DNA of 64,000 nucleotides from Dimorphilus gyrociliatus (taxonomy: Eukaryota > Animalia > Annelida), in NCBI GenBank assembly GCA_904063045.1, contig CAJFCJ010000001.1:248001-312000 (forward strand), given 5' to 3'. Below are positions 1 through 14,885 of this stretch, piece after piece. The translations under genes were made by a program, and so were the position numbers. The notes below the pieces were generated by a model. That model did not search any database. It was not told the origin of the DNA and saw nothing but the letters and a program-made list of their open reading frames with translations. The stretch's first letter is position 1; each line of letters begins with the position of its first letter.

Positions 1-148
1 AATTAGATAGTTGTTTGTGAAATCAAGGCAATTAAATGATCGTAAAGCAAACCCTGAAAAAAAAGAAAACAAATTTAACAATTCATTGCGAATTAAGAAC
101 AATTACTCGTTACTTTTTCAAAGTGTACAAGAATAAATAACAGGTCGA

Positions 149-2790
149 TTAGAATAAATCATTAAAAATAATATCTTTGTATCCTTTGAAAAACAAAAAT
201 GTAAAAATATCAATCTTTATATTATATATTTTCCTTATAAATGCAGTATATACTTTCAATATGAAAAATATTCGTATATAGATATATTTCACAAGGCGGA
301 TATATAGAATTTATATATATACCATACAGTATATATACATAGATTTTTCGTAAATATAGACTTCTTTCTTTATAAATACCTGCTAAAAATGAAATGTCTT
401 TCTTCGCGCACAATAAACCAGCTCCGTTTGCACTTAGAATGCTACAGTTCTTGCCGTTTCTGTCGAGATTCGTTAGGAGACTAAGGCAAGCCGAATCTTT
501 TGTAGAATTAGTAACATTCGCAAAGGGTTCCTCACAATATGTCGAATTCAGTAATAATTGTTTTGGGTCTATTTTATGATTTTCAGTTCTTCCTGTTAAT
601 AAAATATCATATGCTTATATCAATATCTATAGAAATAAACAACAATAGATACTCAAATGATACAATTATGTATATCCATTATACTTTCTATATATAAATA
701 TATCTAGAAATATAACATATTGATGGAATTTTACATTGCCATCCATTGTATCATTTATAGTATCAAATTTTCTAACCGTCGGAATTAATACCCAACATTA
801 TTAAGGATTCACACTCTTCCAAATTCAAATTTGTTGCGTTCCAAAGGCATATTTTGTTCACATGGTCAGTAAACGGAACGTTATTTTTAAGTCGGATAAT
901 TACAATTCCATCTTTCATTTTATAATCACTTATTAAAGCTCTTACACAAGTTTTATCATTCGTTCCAATCCTCAATATAACTTGTTCATTTGGTACTGAA
1001 CTATCGTTCGAATTTTGAATTATTTGGAACAGACTATCATATATAAAAAAAGAAAGAGGCAAGAGTAATAGATGTTTAGTAAATTGTTAATTAATAAGCA
1101 ATGAAAGCAAAAAATTATTATTTCTTACTCACTTGCGCAAACAATCCGATGTAGAAACGAGTGAATTTGAACTGATAAGGAAACCTGTACAATGATAAGT
1201 TTCTGCTTTATTGCTAATACGAATTAACCACGGCCAGAAATCAGACGTAATACTTTTCCGCCTCCCACAGAGTCCTCGAATAGCTAAAATGGAAGAGAGT
1301 AGTGATGTAGAAGGAATAAAGTGATTGAACAAAAAAACTCTAAAATCAAACGAAAATTGGGCGCGTATTAAGGCTTTTAACGAAAACACATTATAGTACA
1401 CATTATAGCGAAAGTTATTAAAAAGCCTTCAAGTTATAAATTTACCAAAAGTCAACTCGCTAAAGATTAATAAAATTCGAATGATTTTATTAATTACAAG
1501 TTTTTGTTCTAAAAACTCTTAAGTACCCTTTCCGGTGCCACAACCAATAAATCTTGCACCTTCCGGAACTCCATGATCTTTTAAATGGTGATCCACAGGT
1601 ATAAAACGGGCACATTGGGCTCTAAACGGATATGGAAATCTTTTCCATATTGTATAAAACGATTTAGACGAAGTAGACATCTCTAGAGCATCTCCATATC
1701 TCCTTTGCTCCCTAACAGGCTCCCAATTACGACAATTACGGCTATATGCCAAAACATACTTTCTGTCATCTTTAAACCTTTTATTCTCGTCATTAGGTTG
1801 AACATGGAAAACAACAGCAAAGAGTATTTGTTCCGCTTCAAAATCAAATTGGGCATAACCAGACCGAAAATCAGTTGGAGAATGCTGCATTTTTCCAGCT
1901 TCTTTCACATGATTGATAGGCGATTCAGAGCATAGATTGGTGTCTGTTTTATTAAATAATAATCTAATTAGAAAGGAGATTAAACAAATAGACAAATGTA
2001 AATTCTAATTTTCTATTTGTGTTTTTTTACCGCATCCGAGTAGTTCAAATCTTAAAGAGGGACTTCCTATATAACCTGTAGGTACTATTTGTATGCATCT
2101 AGCAACAACAACCTCCTCAAGGACATTTGTCAACATCTCGTCGCTTTTGGCATTACCAGGGAAAACTATTGTGTTTCCTTCATCATCACCAGCAAACTGA
2201 AAATCCTCACAATCACTGCTAAAGCCCACTTTGTAAGCAGTAATAAATGACCCATTACCGTTGCCCGCTGTTTGTACTGCAGTAACAACTGTAGACCTTT
2301 GAAAGTCAACAATTATCCAGGAACAGCTTTCTTCTGCAATATTCTCTCCTTTACATAGAGGTAATTTACTTGTCCAAGATACATTTGAATCTACTCGGGC
2401 GTCGAAACCGTTGCCGTCTGAAGCTACTACCCAATTATTATTGATTGCTACACCCAATTTCTTGTAACAATCAACATCACCAGATGGAATATTCTATAAG
2501 ACATAAAGTAAAATTAACAATACATCAAGTAAAGAATACATGCTGAAAAAGAGAAAGAGATCCAAAATAAAATATATATTCTGTATATGTTTATAAATTA
2601 CGAAATAGACAGAGAAATGAGAAGAAAAGCAAGCTTTATTTCAACATTCCTTCTTTTGACAATTTCGTATGTAGAACTTGTAAAATATTGAAAATTTATA
2701 CAAAATATAAAATCCATTAACCTGACATGTAAGAAATTCTATATAAATTATAAAAACAACGGTTGGGAGAAAAAGAAATGCTATGGCCAT
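149..2790 (-). CDS. Secreted protein: signal peptide + two F5/8 type C (discoidin) domains + catalytically dead trypsin-like serine protease homolog (7 exons, ~534 aa)
   Basis: Hand-spliced, phase-consistent GT-AG exons 2790-2722, 2493-2031, 1943-1527, 1283-1133, 1033-777, 592-380, 183-149. The N-terminus MAIAFLFLPTVVFIIYIEFLTCQ is hydrophobic. Discoidin motifs: WIIVDFQRSTVVTAVQTAG and ARCIQIVPTGYIGSPSLRFELLGC. Protease-fold motifs: WPWLIRI, HCTGFLISSNSLVSTSDC, VNKICL. Confidence 0.8.
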
Positions 2791-3656
2791 TGTTAATAAG
2801 TGAAGGACAAAGTGTAACAGATAGTTTTTGTGGTAAATCAGAACCAATCTGAAGCTTTCTTTTGGTTTTTGGATATAGAACTCTTTTATCAACGAATATC
2901 TCAATATTACAAACAAAGTATAAATATATATATACAGTAGATATACAGTACATTAAATATGGTATACTCTTTTGATAGAGACAATAAATAGAATCTCTCT
3001 ATGCTGCTACATTTCTCCATCTATCGTTAGAGATGGTAAATAAAGCCTACAATTTCATGCCATCTACATAAAACATTAGATTAGCGATTGAGTTAACATA
3101 CTGCAGGTCCGCACAAATGTTTGGGAGAGTCTTGACATTTCACAGAAGATAACATGAAAAGAAATCGGTCATACCTAATTAGACTTTGATCAATTCTTAA
3201 AGTACATTATTAGTTTAGTTTAGGGAGAGTTTAATAATAAGCAATAGTTTAAAGGAAAAGCTTTAACATTAATTTGGGATTACTTTTGGATTTATTTTTA
3301 CTCATTTTTTCTTTATTTAGTGAAAATCTTAACAGGAAAGATTTATCTCCGAAAAAAAACTTTAAACTCTAACTCGACTTTGGGTTTATTCTATTTATAG
3401 ACTAATTGCATACTAGCCTAAAAGTTGAAAGTAGGAGACTAAATAGGATAGTTTTTAATTTTCTGCTGCGCTATCAGCTGATTATTACAAATAACCTTTT
3501 CGTTTCTTCAAGATTATTCACACAATCAGACCCTATTTACCTTGAAAGTAGTAGAAAATGCATGCTCTAAAACTGACCGAGATGCTTGCTAATTCGTGAA
3601 TTCTCATGGAAATAAAAAAATCAATAGAGAAAGAAGTTTTCTCTCTTGAAAGTCGA

Positions 3657-3737
3657 GTCACGTGACCTGGGTTAACAGGAGACACTTAGAAAAAACAGTC
3701 GAAGAGAGCAAGAGTTACTCGCCCCATCCGCCCCCGC
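3657..3737. promoter_or_regulatory. Palindromic E-box GTCACGTGAC (USF/MiT-TFE type) plus GC box, between divergently transcribed genes
   Basis: GTCACGTGAC at 3657-3666 and CCGCCCCCGC at about 3728-3737 lie in otherwise AT-rich DNA. Downstream splice signals (donor 3841, acceptors 4005 and 4369) suggest non-coding 5' exons of the GPCR. Confidence 0.45.
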
Positions 3738-4384
3738 TTTCCGACAATTATTTTATCGCCCGAATGATTTAAGAGGAATAAAAGAATAAAATATAAAAAT
3801 ATACAAACTATAATTTCTAAAAATTATAGTTTCTACCTAGGTAAACTAGGACAGTAATGATGTCAGCATAATTACATAAGGGATTAGACTAGTCTGTTTT
3901 CCTCTTTTTACCAGTCTATTTTTTTGCATTTTGATTATGAAAATTGTTACCTTGCTTAGATATTTCATTAAATAGACATTTTTAGTCATTTTCTTTTTAT
4001 TACAGGCAAAAAAATGAAAGAACTACAGTGAAAAACAAGTGCCAAAAAGTTGATTTTAAGTTCATACAACTCAAAAAAATGATGGACAGTCTTAAAAAAT
4101 TTGTTGAACCTTTGTGATTACGTTTGAGAAAGTTTTATGTTTTTTTTTCTTTAAATTATAGAGTAATACAGAATACCTGCACGCCACTGATTCTTTTCTA
4201 TATAGATAGCTAATTTAAGTTTGTTTTTACATATTGTTTTTTGAGTTAGCTCGTCGAGCGTCTCTTCTTCATAGTTTTCTCTCAAATATCTTTCCTTATC
4301 TCTCTTTCTCACTTTCTTTCTCATAAACTTGCTCCTCTTCTATTTCTTTCATCTCTGTGCTAATTGCAGTTGGATGTTTGAAGA

Positions 4385-5458
4385 ATGAATAATTCAACGA
4401 ATACAAATTTTACGGTTGTTGGTGGAGGAACAGGAGGAAGTAAGACTGACTGGAGTTGGGAAGTTTTTCGCTTGGGTTCCAGTGCTATTGCAATTTTTGG
4501 AATAATTGGCAATTTCTTCGTCATATTCCTTATGCTTAGGAGTCCGGTTAGACGTGTGAGAATTCCCAATATGCTTATCATCAATCAGTCGTTTCTCGAT
4601 ATCGTAACTTCTATCTTTATTGTGATCGATAAATTAGGCGTGAATGGAGATAAAACTGATGAAGTAACTGGAATAGTGTTAAAGGAAACTTATTGTCGAT
4701 TGTGGAAAAGTCAGGGTATACTATGGAGTTCTATGACAGGATCAACTTTCAATTTGTGTGTTATATCATTCGAGCGTTACCTAGCCATAGTATGGCCGTT
4801 TAAACATGGGCGTCTCGTCACAAAGGGTCGAATTAAAATGTGTATAATATTCACTTGGTTATTAGGTTTTACAATAAAATTGTCCTCGATTATTCCTGTT
4901 CATGAAGTTGACGAAAACGTTGATATTTGTCGAGGTTGGGTAAATTGGCCATCTTTAGAAGTTCAACAATTTGTTGGCATCTTCATCATATTTATCGAAT
5001 ATCTAAATCCTTTGATCTTTATGATTTATTGTTACGCTCATATGATGCTCAGGATAATCAGACAAACAGATTCTGCAACTAAAGGTGTTAAAGGTGAGGG
5101 AAGTGGAAATAAATCGTCGGAGGAAAGGGAAAGACGAATGCAAAGAGCTGGAAGAAACTTATTCAAGACCCTTTTAATAGTTGCAATAGCTTTCGTTATT
5201 TGCAATTCGCCAAGTCAAATTTATTTTCTTCTTCTCAATGGCGGAGTAAAATTAAAGTTGGGAGCGTTGTATCGTTTCTTCACGATGACCTACTTTATAA
5301 ATGCTGTTATCAATCCGATCTTATATACGGTACAGTATGAAGAATTTCAGAAGGAATTAAAGAAGCTCTTCTGTCCAAAGGCTTTGACCAGAGATGATTC
5401 AGAAACGGAAAATAGTAAATCGTCATCATACGTAACTAATCAAACGAAAATTAATTAA
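4385..5458 (+). CDS. Class A (rhodopsin-like) peptide GPCR with intronless CDS, galanin/allatostatin-like orphan
   Basis: 357-aa ORF with 7 hydrophobic segments, N-terminal N-glycosylation sites, GN in TM1, ERY after TM3 and NPILY in TM7. Confidence 0.92.
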   Translation: MNNSTNTNFTVVGGGTGGSKTDWSWEVFRLGSSAIAIFGIIGNFFVIFLMLRSPVRRVRIPNMLIINQSFLDIVTSIFIVIDKLGVNGDKTDEVTGIVLKETYCRLWKSQGILWSSMTGSTFNLCVISFERYLAIVWPFKHGRLVTKGRIKMCIIFTWLLGFTIKLSSIIPVHEVDENVDICRGWVNWPSLEVQQFVGIFIIFIEYLNPLIFMIYCYAHMMLRIIRQTDSATKGVKGEGSGNKSSEERERRMQRAGRNLFKTLLIVAIAFVICNSPSQIYFLLLNGGVKLKLGALYRFFTMTYFINAVINPILYTVQYEEFQKELKKLFCPKALTRDDSETENSKSSSYVTNQTKIN

Positions 5459-6284
5459 CTTTAAAGTAAATAGAACTGGATATTGTGTTTGTCAGAAAAT
5501 TTTGTATCCAATCAAAGAAAACGAAAGATAATTAATTACGAATTATAGATGTTGTAACGTATAGGTGGCACATAACAAATCAATTTAGTATAGTAAAACG
5601 AATTAACATTAGAAATAAACGTAAGAAATATCAATGAAATTAAATTATAAAAGATTGAAAGACATACTGTTTCCGTTTCTTAACAGATTAAGAGACAAAG
5701 AAGAATTCTACAAAGTCGGGGTTTTTTTTATCTATTTTAAGAATTTTTCGTCTTTGAAAGTTCTACTTTTCATGGAAAATAGCAATTTTTTTTTACTTCA
5801 GGATGATTTCATGGATAATTTAAGATATTTAACGAAGAGATTCCACCAAAAAAAAAAACAGACATTCTTTATTACTAAAAGCAGCTTCCTCATCATATCA
5901 TCATAAATTATAGATGTTAATTTAACAAACTGAAGATGGCGGCACCTCAATTCATTTAGGCAAATTGAAGTAACTTTATAGAATACTATAATTAAATTAA
6001 TATATAGTCTTAAAAGTCATTTTATGCAATCCCATCTTTAAATTTTATTAATGTAATTGAATTATAATCAAATTATATTTTAAGTATCTGATGTAGATAA
6101 AAAGAGAAGAGCTAATACTTAATCAAAGCTGTTGAAAACATCACAAGGTCCGATTAACTATTATTAATAAAATATTCATATCATTTAAATATTATTTGAT
6201 TTTTATCTATTGGTCAACATTGTATTATTATCATTTTCAAGCGTTTAGAACAAAGAAAGTGCTTCCCTTAAGTGTTTTTCTTTC

Positions 6285-8041
<1,757 letters not shown>

Positions 8042-8604
8042 CTATATTCCTTCTAAAGCTTATATAAAAATATTATTATAAAAGTAAACAATAATATACT
8101 TTTAGTTATTTTAAATTATGATCCAGATAAAATGTCATTTGCAGTTGTTTATATTTTTTTATATTCTTTTCTATGGCTTGATTATTATTTTTAACTAATT
8201 TATTAATATTTTATTTTTAAATATTTGAAATCACATATATCTCTTTTTTTATATTATGTAATCAAATTTATTTGAAATTATGTAATCTAATTTTTATTCA
8301 ATAAATTGAAATACAGTAGCCTTTTAAAATGTCAATGATATGCAATGAACTTTCTTAAATATTTATATACTGTATACCATTATCTTATGCATCACTCCTC
8401 TTTTTTTCCCTCCTTTCCTCCCCAGACAGAAACGATTACTAATTATTCATAAAGTCCTCTAAATATACAGTATATTACACACATACACACAAAAAGGGAT
8501 AGCCTTGAAAGGGTTTTTATTTATTTACATGTTTATTCAAATTATTTTCAACCGTTTTCGCCTTTATAGAAGTTAATTAAATGAGTAGAATATTATATAA
8601 TTAA

Positions 8605-8892
8605 CTAGTAGGAATGATTTTTTACCGATGATGAATTCTCTATCTTTTTCTTAAGTTCTTTCATTTCCATTGACTGAATTCTGTAAGATTTCTCGAGCTT
8701 TGCGTATTGTTCTTCGGCTTTCAGTCTCTTCATTATTTCTCTTTGTAAGTTACTTTCATACTTTTGTCTTTTCTTTCTTTCTTCAATAAATCTTATTTTC
8801 AATTCTAATACCTTTTCTTCAACTGACAAGCTGGTTTTTATTTCAGCTTCAATCATCTTAGATTTCTTTGGTGCTTCTCCGTTCGAAGTCAT
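8605..8892 (-). CDS. Small coiled-coil protein, unassigned
   Basis: 95-aa ATG-initiated ORF with a heptad-like E/K/R/L-rich helix, co-oriented with the flanking genes. No recognisable family. Confidence 0.5.
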   Translation of the reverse strand: MTSNGEAPKKSKMIEAEIKTSLSVEEKVLELKIRFIEERKKRQKYESNLQREIMKRLKAEEQYAKLEKSYRIQSMEMKELKKKIENSSSVKNHSY

Positions 8893-9569
8893 TTCTCAAA
8901 TTGAATTCAGTTGGTAAGGTTTAATATGTAACACAATGTGTTGTCAATTCATTTTAATTACCACTGTAACATTTTACCATTACGTAATAGACAAATAATT
9001 AAAAACTACGTAATTCTTTTCACAAGTGAAGTTTTGTTTCGTCTTTTATATCTAATTGGTGATAAATATTTTTATTTCCTACTAGTCGCTATCAATTATT
9101 AACGAAAGCCACTTCCATACTTTATTCATTATACTTTATAGGTCTTTGGGAATACTTTCTCTAAGGTAACTAGTGCTGCCATCTCTTTCCTAAACAACGT
9201 TCTCTTTTTGGGCGGCTGGAGGGGGTGAATATTTTAAATATTAATGTAATACTATCTACTGTATATATTGGTAAACTGATATTTTATTCATAAATTTACA
9301 GTAAATATATAAACTATAGATTATATTATATATAAAAGCATGTTTAACATTCTAAATGATATCTAAAAAGAAGAGTAAATATTAATATATATTGTATAAG
9401 CAATATATTTATCCATAATTCAACTTATGAAAGTGTTTGAAATGTTTTAAGAAAGATTTTTAGTAATTTATTTAACAGCTAAAAACTAATGAACAGCTTT
9501 TTTCACTTTCAAGCAATTTGTTTTTTAGTAGTATTGCACATGCAGCATTGTCTTAATACAGTTATATTA

Positions 9570-10994
9570 TTAGTTGCAGGACAACGTTAATTTCCACATT
9601 GTTAAAGGGCTGAATTTAAAAGATTTGTGGCACCCGAGTATTAGAATTTGATTTAATTCGTTAGTTGCTGGAAGTTTCGAAAATTCAGTTTCAGTCTCTG
9701 TGTCATCTCCTATAGTATCAGTGTTTTCGGATAGGAAATCAAGTTTCGCGTTGGAAATGCTGTCAATTTCATAATCTTCATCTCTATAATCGAGATCTGA
9801 CAGTAATAGGTTATCCGATGACGATTTTGCCGTCTGAGCGTTAAATTTATAAGATTGAAAAAAGTTATTTCCATAGTTTTTACTTTCAATACTAAACGCC
9901 CGATTGATAAAGATTTTTGTATCATATTCTGGAGGGTCTAGCTCATTGTTGGGTGAAATTTTTGCTTTTCTCCAATAACAATAACTATCTCTTGGCTTCT
10001 TACTTTTTGTTTCCCCATTATCATTAATGAGGATAACTCTGTGATGGAGTAAAGTAGGCATATTATCAGGTAATGAAACTTCTAACCACTTTAATTTCTT
10101 CAAGTTAAATCCCCAAGTGGAATTTGATGAAATATTTCCTCCTACAATTAATATAGTATCTCTTATCTGTTGGTGTTTTAAAAGGTTGTAGTATTATTTT
10201 CGCATCATATTCTGTTTGAAACTATGAATATTTATCCTTACATATATTAATTTGTGTCCATATATTGGCTCAGGTACTTTCCTAGTTTTTATTCGAGTCC
10301 ACTGCTGTTTACCTTTATTTTGAAAATATAATAATACAACTATAAGTTAATCTACTTTCAGTTATCTTTACTTACAAAATGTATATGTCCACAGATCATT
10401 CAAAGGTTCTAATTGACAAGATCCACCGAATATCCACCAATCAGCATTATCCGATATTGCACCAAAGTCATGACGAGCGCATGGAAAGATTTCTTCCTCT
10501 TTTTTTAATATCCAAGTTTTATTTAATGTATCGAATGTCCAGTGCTCATTTGTTGAACCTTGAACACTAACATAACCCCCAAATACGTGTAAATATCTAT
10601 TATCCTTTTCTAAGATTGCTTCGTGGCCTGTACGGCTGGATGGTCCATTGAGTGATTCAATTTTTGTCCATAGTCTATTGTCGATATCAAATGACCAAAG
10701 TGGAGTATCTAATCCGTACAAACCGCCGAATATATATATAAGATTGTTGTCCCAATCTGGATGTAAACTGTGACTTTGAAGGCGTTTTGGAGCGTCTCCG
10801 TGACTCTCTAATTTTGTCCATTCGTCAGTATTTGTATGATAAATCCAAAAATCAGTTGAATCAAAACCATCTCCACCGCATAAATACACTTTAAAACCTC
10901 TAATACAACAAGCTAATTTTGAACGGTGGTTTGGCCAATTCTGTTGACCTTTTTTTTCGATCTTGCAGCATCCTTGAACACTAAGAGTTTTCAT
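9570..10994 (-). CDS. Kelch-repeat beta-propeller protein, 3 coding exons, ~428 aa
   Basis: Exons 10994-10376, 10312-10242, 10166-9570 are phase-consistent. Repeated kelch blades (YLCGG, IYIFGG, LHVFGG, WWIFGG, ILIVGG) are each followed by W-x-Y/F...W. Confidence 0.88.
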
Positions 10995-12272
10995 TAAGTT
11001 TATATAGTTTATCTTCGTTTTTACTATTCTTTCACTCTCCCGTGATCTATTCTCCCAAAAAATTCTTGAAGTGTGCCTTTAGTCAAAATTTCAAGTCTAT
11101 AAATAGATCTAGCTGATTCATTTTTTCCATCAGGCTAATCCTAAACAAAAACTGAAGAAAAATACGAAACATACCTTGTATGAATATTCAAGCATTCGAT
11201 TTTTCAAATTAGAGTCTTACAATCTTGGAATACTTGATTAAGAAATATCGGAGCTTAACCTGAATTTTTAGACACTGTTGTTGTATAAAATTAGGCTGAT
11301 AATGTGGTACAGTAATCCGCGCACATCACGCCGCGTATCAGGCAGACTCCATTACATAGTTCCCAACCATGTTTGCATAGCAACCAAATTGTTGTCGTCT
11401 AACGATCTTTATGATAGTGCATAATAGCTTACAAATATAAAGAGGCGATAAAAATTTATTTTTCTTATCAATAATCGATAAGATTATATTTTGTTGCATG
11501 TTATTTCATCTCAAAATAGATTTCGGAATAAAGTCACCCCTATTTGTAAGTAGATATTATCGAGCCATGCTATTCAATATTGACTTGAATTCACGCTTCA
11601 AATACTTGGGAAATTGGAACTTACTTACTACAAAGACTTTGAAACAAAATTGGAATAATAATTCAAAATATAAAAATGGAATAAACTTTCGAATGCAACT
11701 AATACACAAGGTGGCGCCATATCTTGTAATAAAATAAAAAAGCATATACATAACATATTTATTATACATTGGTACCAGTCTTTAGCATAAACTTCAGAAG
11801 AGAAAAAATCATCAGTTATCGCAAAGATCAATTATTTATTTAATTAATCATACTGTGTAATTTAGTATTATCATAAATAATGATTCTAAAAAAAATGTAA
11901 TCGAAAGATGTCAAAAAAGGATAATTACAAAAAGTTATAAATTAACATATTCTAAATCTTAACACTTATCGACACAAAATCACATTTCTAGATCTAATTA
12001 ACTTTAAATAAACTATAGATAATGAAATATAAAAAAAGAAACGGTAAATGTTATTTTTTTAAAAGAAGAACAAAGTGAAATATTAGTACTATACTAATAT
12101 TTTCTTAATATTAATATAAAAATTCTAATTAAATTTTATAAGAAATTAAGAGAAAATAATTCTCCATCATAATTAAATATGCTTTATTATATAAATCATG
12201 AATGATAAAACGTGATACGATACTGTTAGAATAATTAAATAAGATGATCATAATTATAAAATCTATTTATGG

Positions 12273-12320
<48 letters not shown>

Positions 12321-13517
12321 TTGTATATATCGCATGTATTTTTTTAATCATATACAGTATAAGAAAATAAATTAATCAGAATTTATTAGTTTTGCTCTTA
12401 AAAATAGCCATTTGGTTCAAATAAAGTAGTTTTATACGTTTATACTTCCATTTAAAAATTTCCGTATAGTACATAATTTTTCATTTTATTAATCTTTATT
12501 ATTGTTAATTTATATATACATATAAAGTAATATAACATATACATCTTTCAATAGTAACAGCATGATATGACGTTAGACGGGAATAAATAATAAATGGTAT
12601 GGAAACCATTAACCACTAAGTTTCAATAACGTTAACTTTAGACTATCTAATAGAGTTGATTGGCTTTTTGTTAAAATTTCATATTAGAATTATGATTTAT
12701 AGAATAATTTACTATTTTTTTTAATATTAGTCTAACAAAGATATGTCAAAAAGCTTCTTTTGGAATTTAACACCTTTTCTCATTGTACAATCACTACCTT
12801 CAGCCAGTCTCTTAAAGCTTTAATGATTTGAACTGAGTGATACTTCTCTAATTTTTACTCGAGTACAAAGATATTTTTATATCCAATGTATTCTATTTTT
12901 ATCTATCAGTTTTGACATTGGTGTACCTTAAAAACCAATAAAGCTTCTATTTAATATTCAAGGTTATAGGATCATTGGCTTCAGGATATATTCTGTCAAT
13001 GACTCTGACTGACTTGGGGAATCTTAGTAACGTTTAAATAGTTTGTCTAACGAGATTCATTAATAGAACTGAGGAAGGTTTAATCAAAAGAAGATGTTAT
13101 AGATACACTGTATATATATATAATATGTATATAAGTCTATCATAGTGTCGTCATCTATACTTGAAAAGATGTATTAAACTGACTTAATTTGAATTTTTAG
13201 ACAAATAATAAAAAGGTGTCTTCGTAAATAAAATTAATTACAACACTCTTATTATCTGTCCGAAATAGAGTAAATATATTTGGTACAGGTTACATTAAAG
13301 ATGGAAAGAATTCTTTTTGACAATCTAGACTAAGAAGTTTAGACTACTGGGATGTGAATAATGTATAATGTTGATTAAAATAAGAAAAGATACATGATAC
13401 TTTTCAGATGATTATCATTTTCGAAGTATATGTTTTTACATAAAATATAAATAGTCTATATGTAAACTATAAATTAAAAAAGTCTTGCACAGGGAACAAA
13501 GCACTACTGTTGTGAAG

Positions 13518-13987
13518 ATGTCTTGTGGCATTTTTCAATTTATTCTACTCTTTTGCTCTTTTGGAGTAATCTTAACGGGTTTTTATCATATATTTATTCG
13601 TATTGACATTAACTTCTGTATAAGAATACAAAACTTTTTCAGTTGAGAATCCAAGATTAATTGAATCTCCAGACAAAGCTAATGAATTTCTTCGATCATT
13701 GTAATTATGTTTTAAACATATTTTAACTTTATTATACTTTAAATAAGTATTTTTCAAATGAGTTTAATAAAAAATATTGTTTATGTTTAATTATTCCTTT
13801 TAGTCGCCAGTCGAACAACATTTTGCTAAAATCATTGAAATTTTTTGAACCAAGTGATGAACAAATAAGCGTGAGAAGAAAGAAATTGAACATGGGATTG
13901 AATGGATGTATTATCATTTCAAAATGTAATACTCTCTCATTAGCCAGACGAATTGCTTGTATTAGAGATAATTGTAGTATTTCGTAA
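13518..13987 (+). CDS. Putative small secreted precursor with a C-terminal 4-Cys peptide (3 exons, 100 aa); absent from the ORF track
   Basis: Exons 13518-13578, 13643-13700, 13804-13987 splice into one open frame: MSCGIFQFILLFCSFGVILT-VENPRLIESPDKANEFLRSFRQSNNILLKSLKFFEPSDEQISV-RRKK-LNMGLNGCIIISKCNTLSLARRIACIRDNCSIS. The first donor (GTTTTT) is weak. Confidence 0.55.
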
Positions 13988-14885
13988 AAGAGCTATTAAC
14001 AAATGATTGTCTTGTTTAAATTAATTTTTGTACAGTCAAACAAAAAGAGAGAAAAAATAGAAAAATTCTTAATGTTTGTAATGTTGTTGACTTTACAGTA
14101 GTCGATTTGCAGAATAAGAATAAAAAGAAGAGAAATTAGCTATGTTTAATTTTCCTATTATTTATATTTTATACTTTAAAATTTGTATATTACACATTTA
14201 ATTTGCTTTTTTCATGTTTTTCATCTATTCTTTTCATCAGTTATTCCTTAGAAAATCTTTTTCGTAGTGAGATTTCGAGGAAAGGATGACTTTGATTCTA
14301 AGGTAAATTTTACCTTATTCTTCATTTCTTCATTAGATGGCTTTCAAATTGTCGATGTAGCATAAAACTTCTTACGCCAGATTTACCAAAATAGTAACGT
14401 AATACTTTTCCTTCTAATACTTGTATATTGAAATAGAACCCAGTTAAGGCTTATGTATGGTAATCAGTAAAGTTGTATTGGGCAGATTGAAATCAGTATT
14501 AATCGTTTATGTAGGTTAAATCCTTTTATCCTTTTTCATGTGTGTATATAATAGGTGCTGGACTTTTGTAATAAAGATTAGTAAATACTATATATATATA
14601 GCTGTCATTAAAATTATAGTTTATTATCTCAGCTAAGAGAGAAGTACTTGTATTGGAAATAGACCATTTGAACATTTGAATTATATAATACAGTCTACAG
14701 TATATATATTCCATACATTCAGACCATCAAACAATGTTTAATGCATAATCTAAGCATATTCTAGTTAGCATAATGAATTATTTTCAACTTTAACTATATT
14801 CGAACGTTTAATCTAAATAATTAACTAGTTAATACATACTTCTTCTAAGTAATTGGAAGACCCGCCCATATTTTCATTGTGTACT

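Noticed and set aside
12760-13060. Minus-strand fragments vaguely resembling a DDE transposase
   Set aside because: There are multiple stops, no diagnostic catalytic motif, and no terminal repeats that I could identify.
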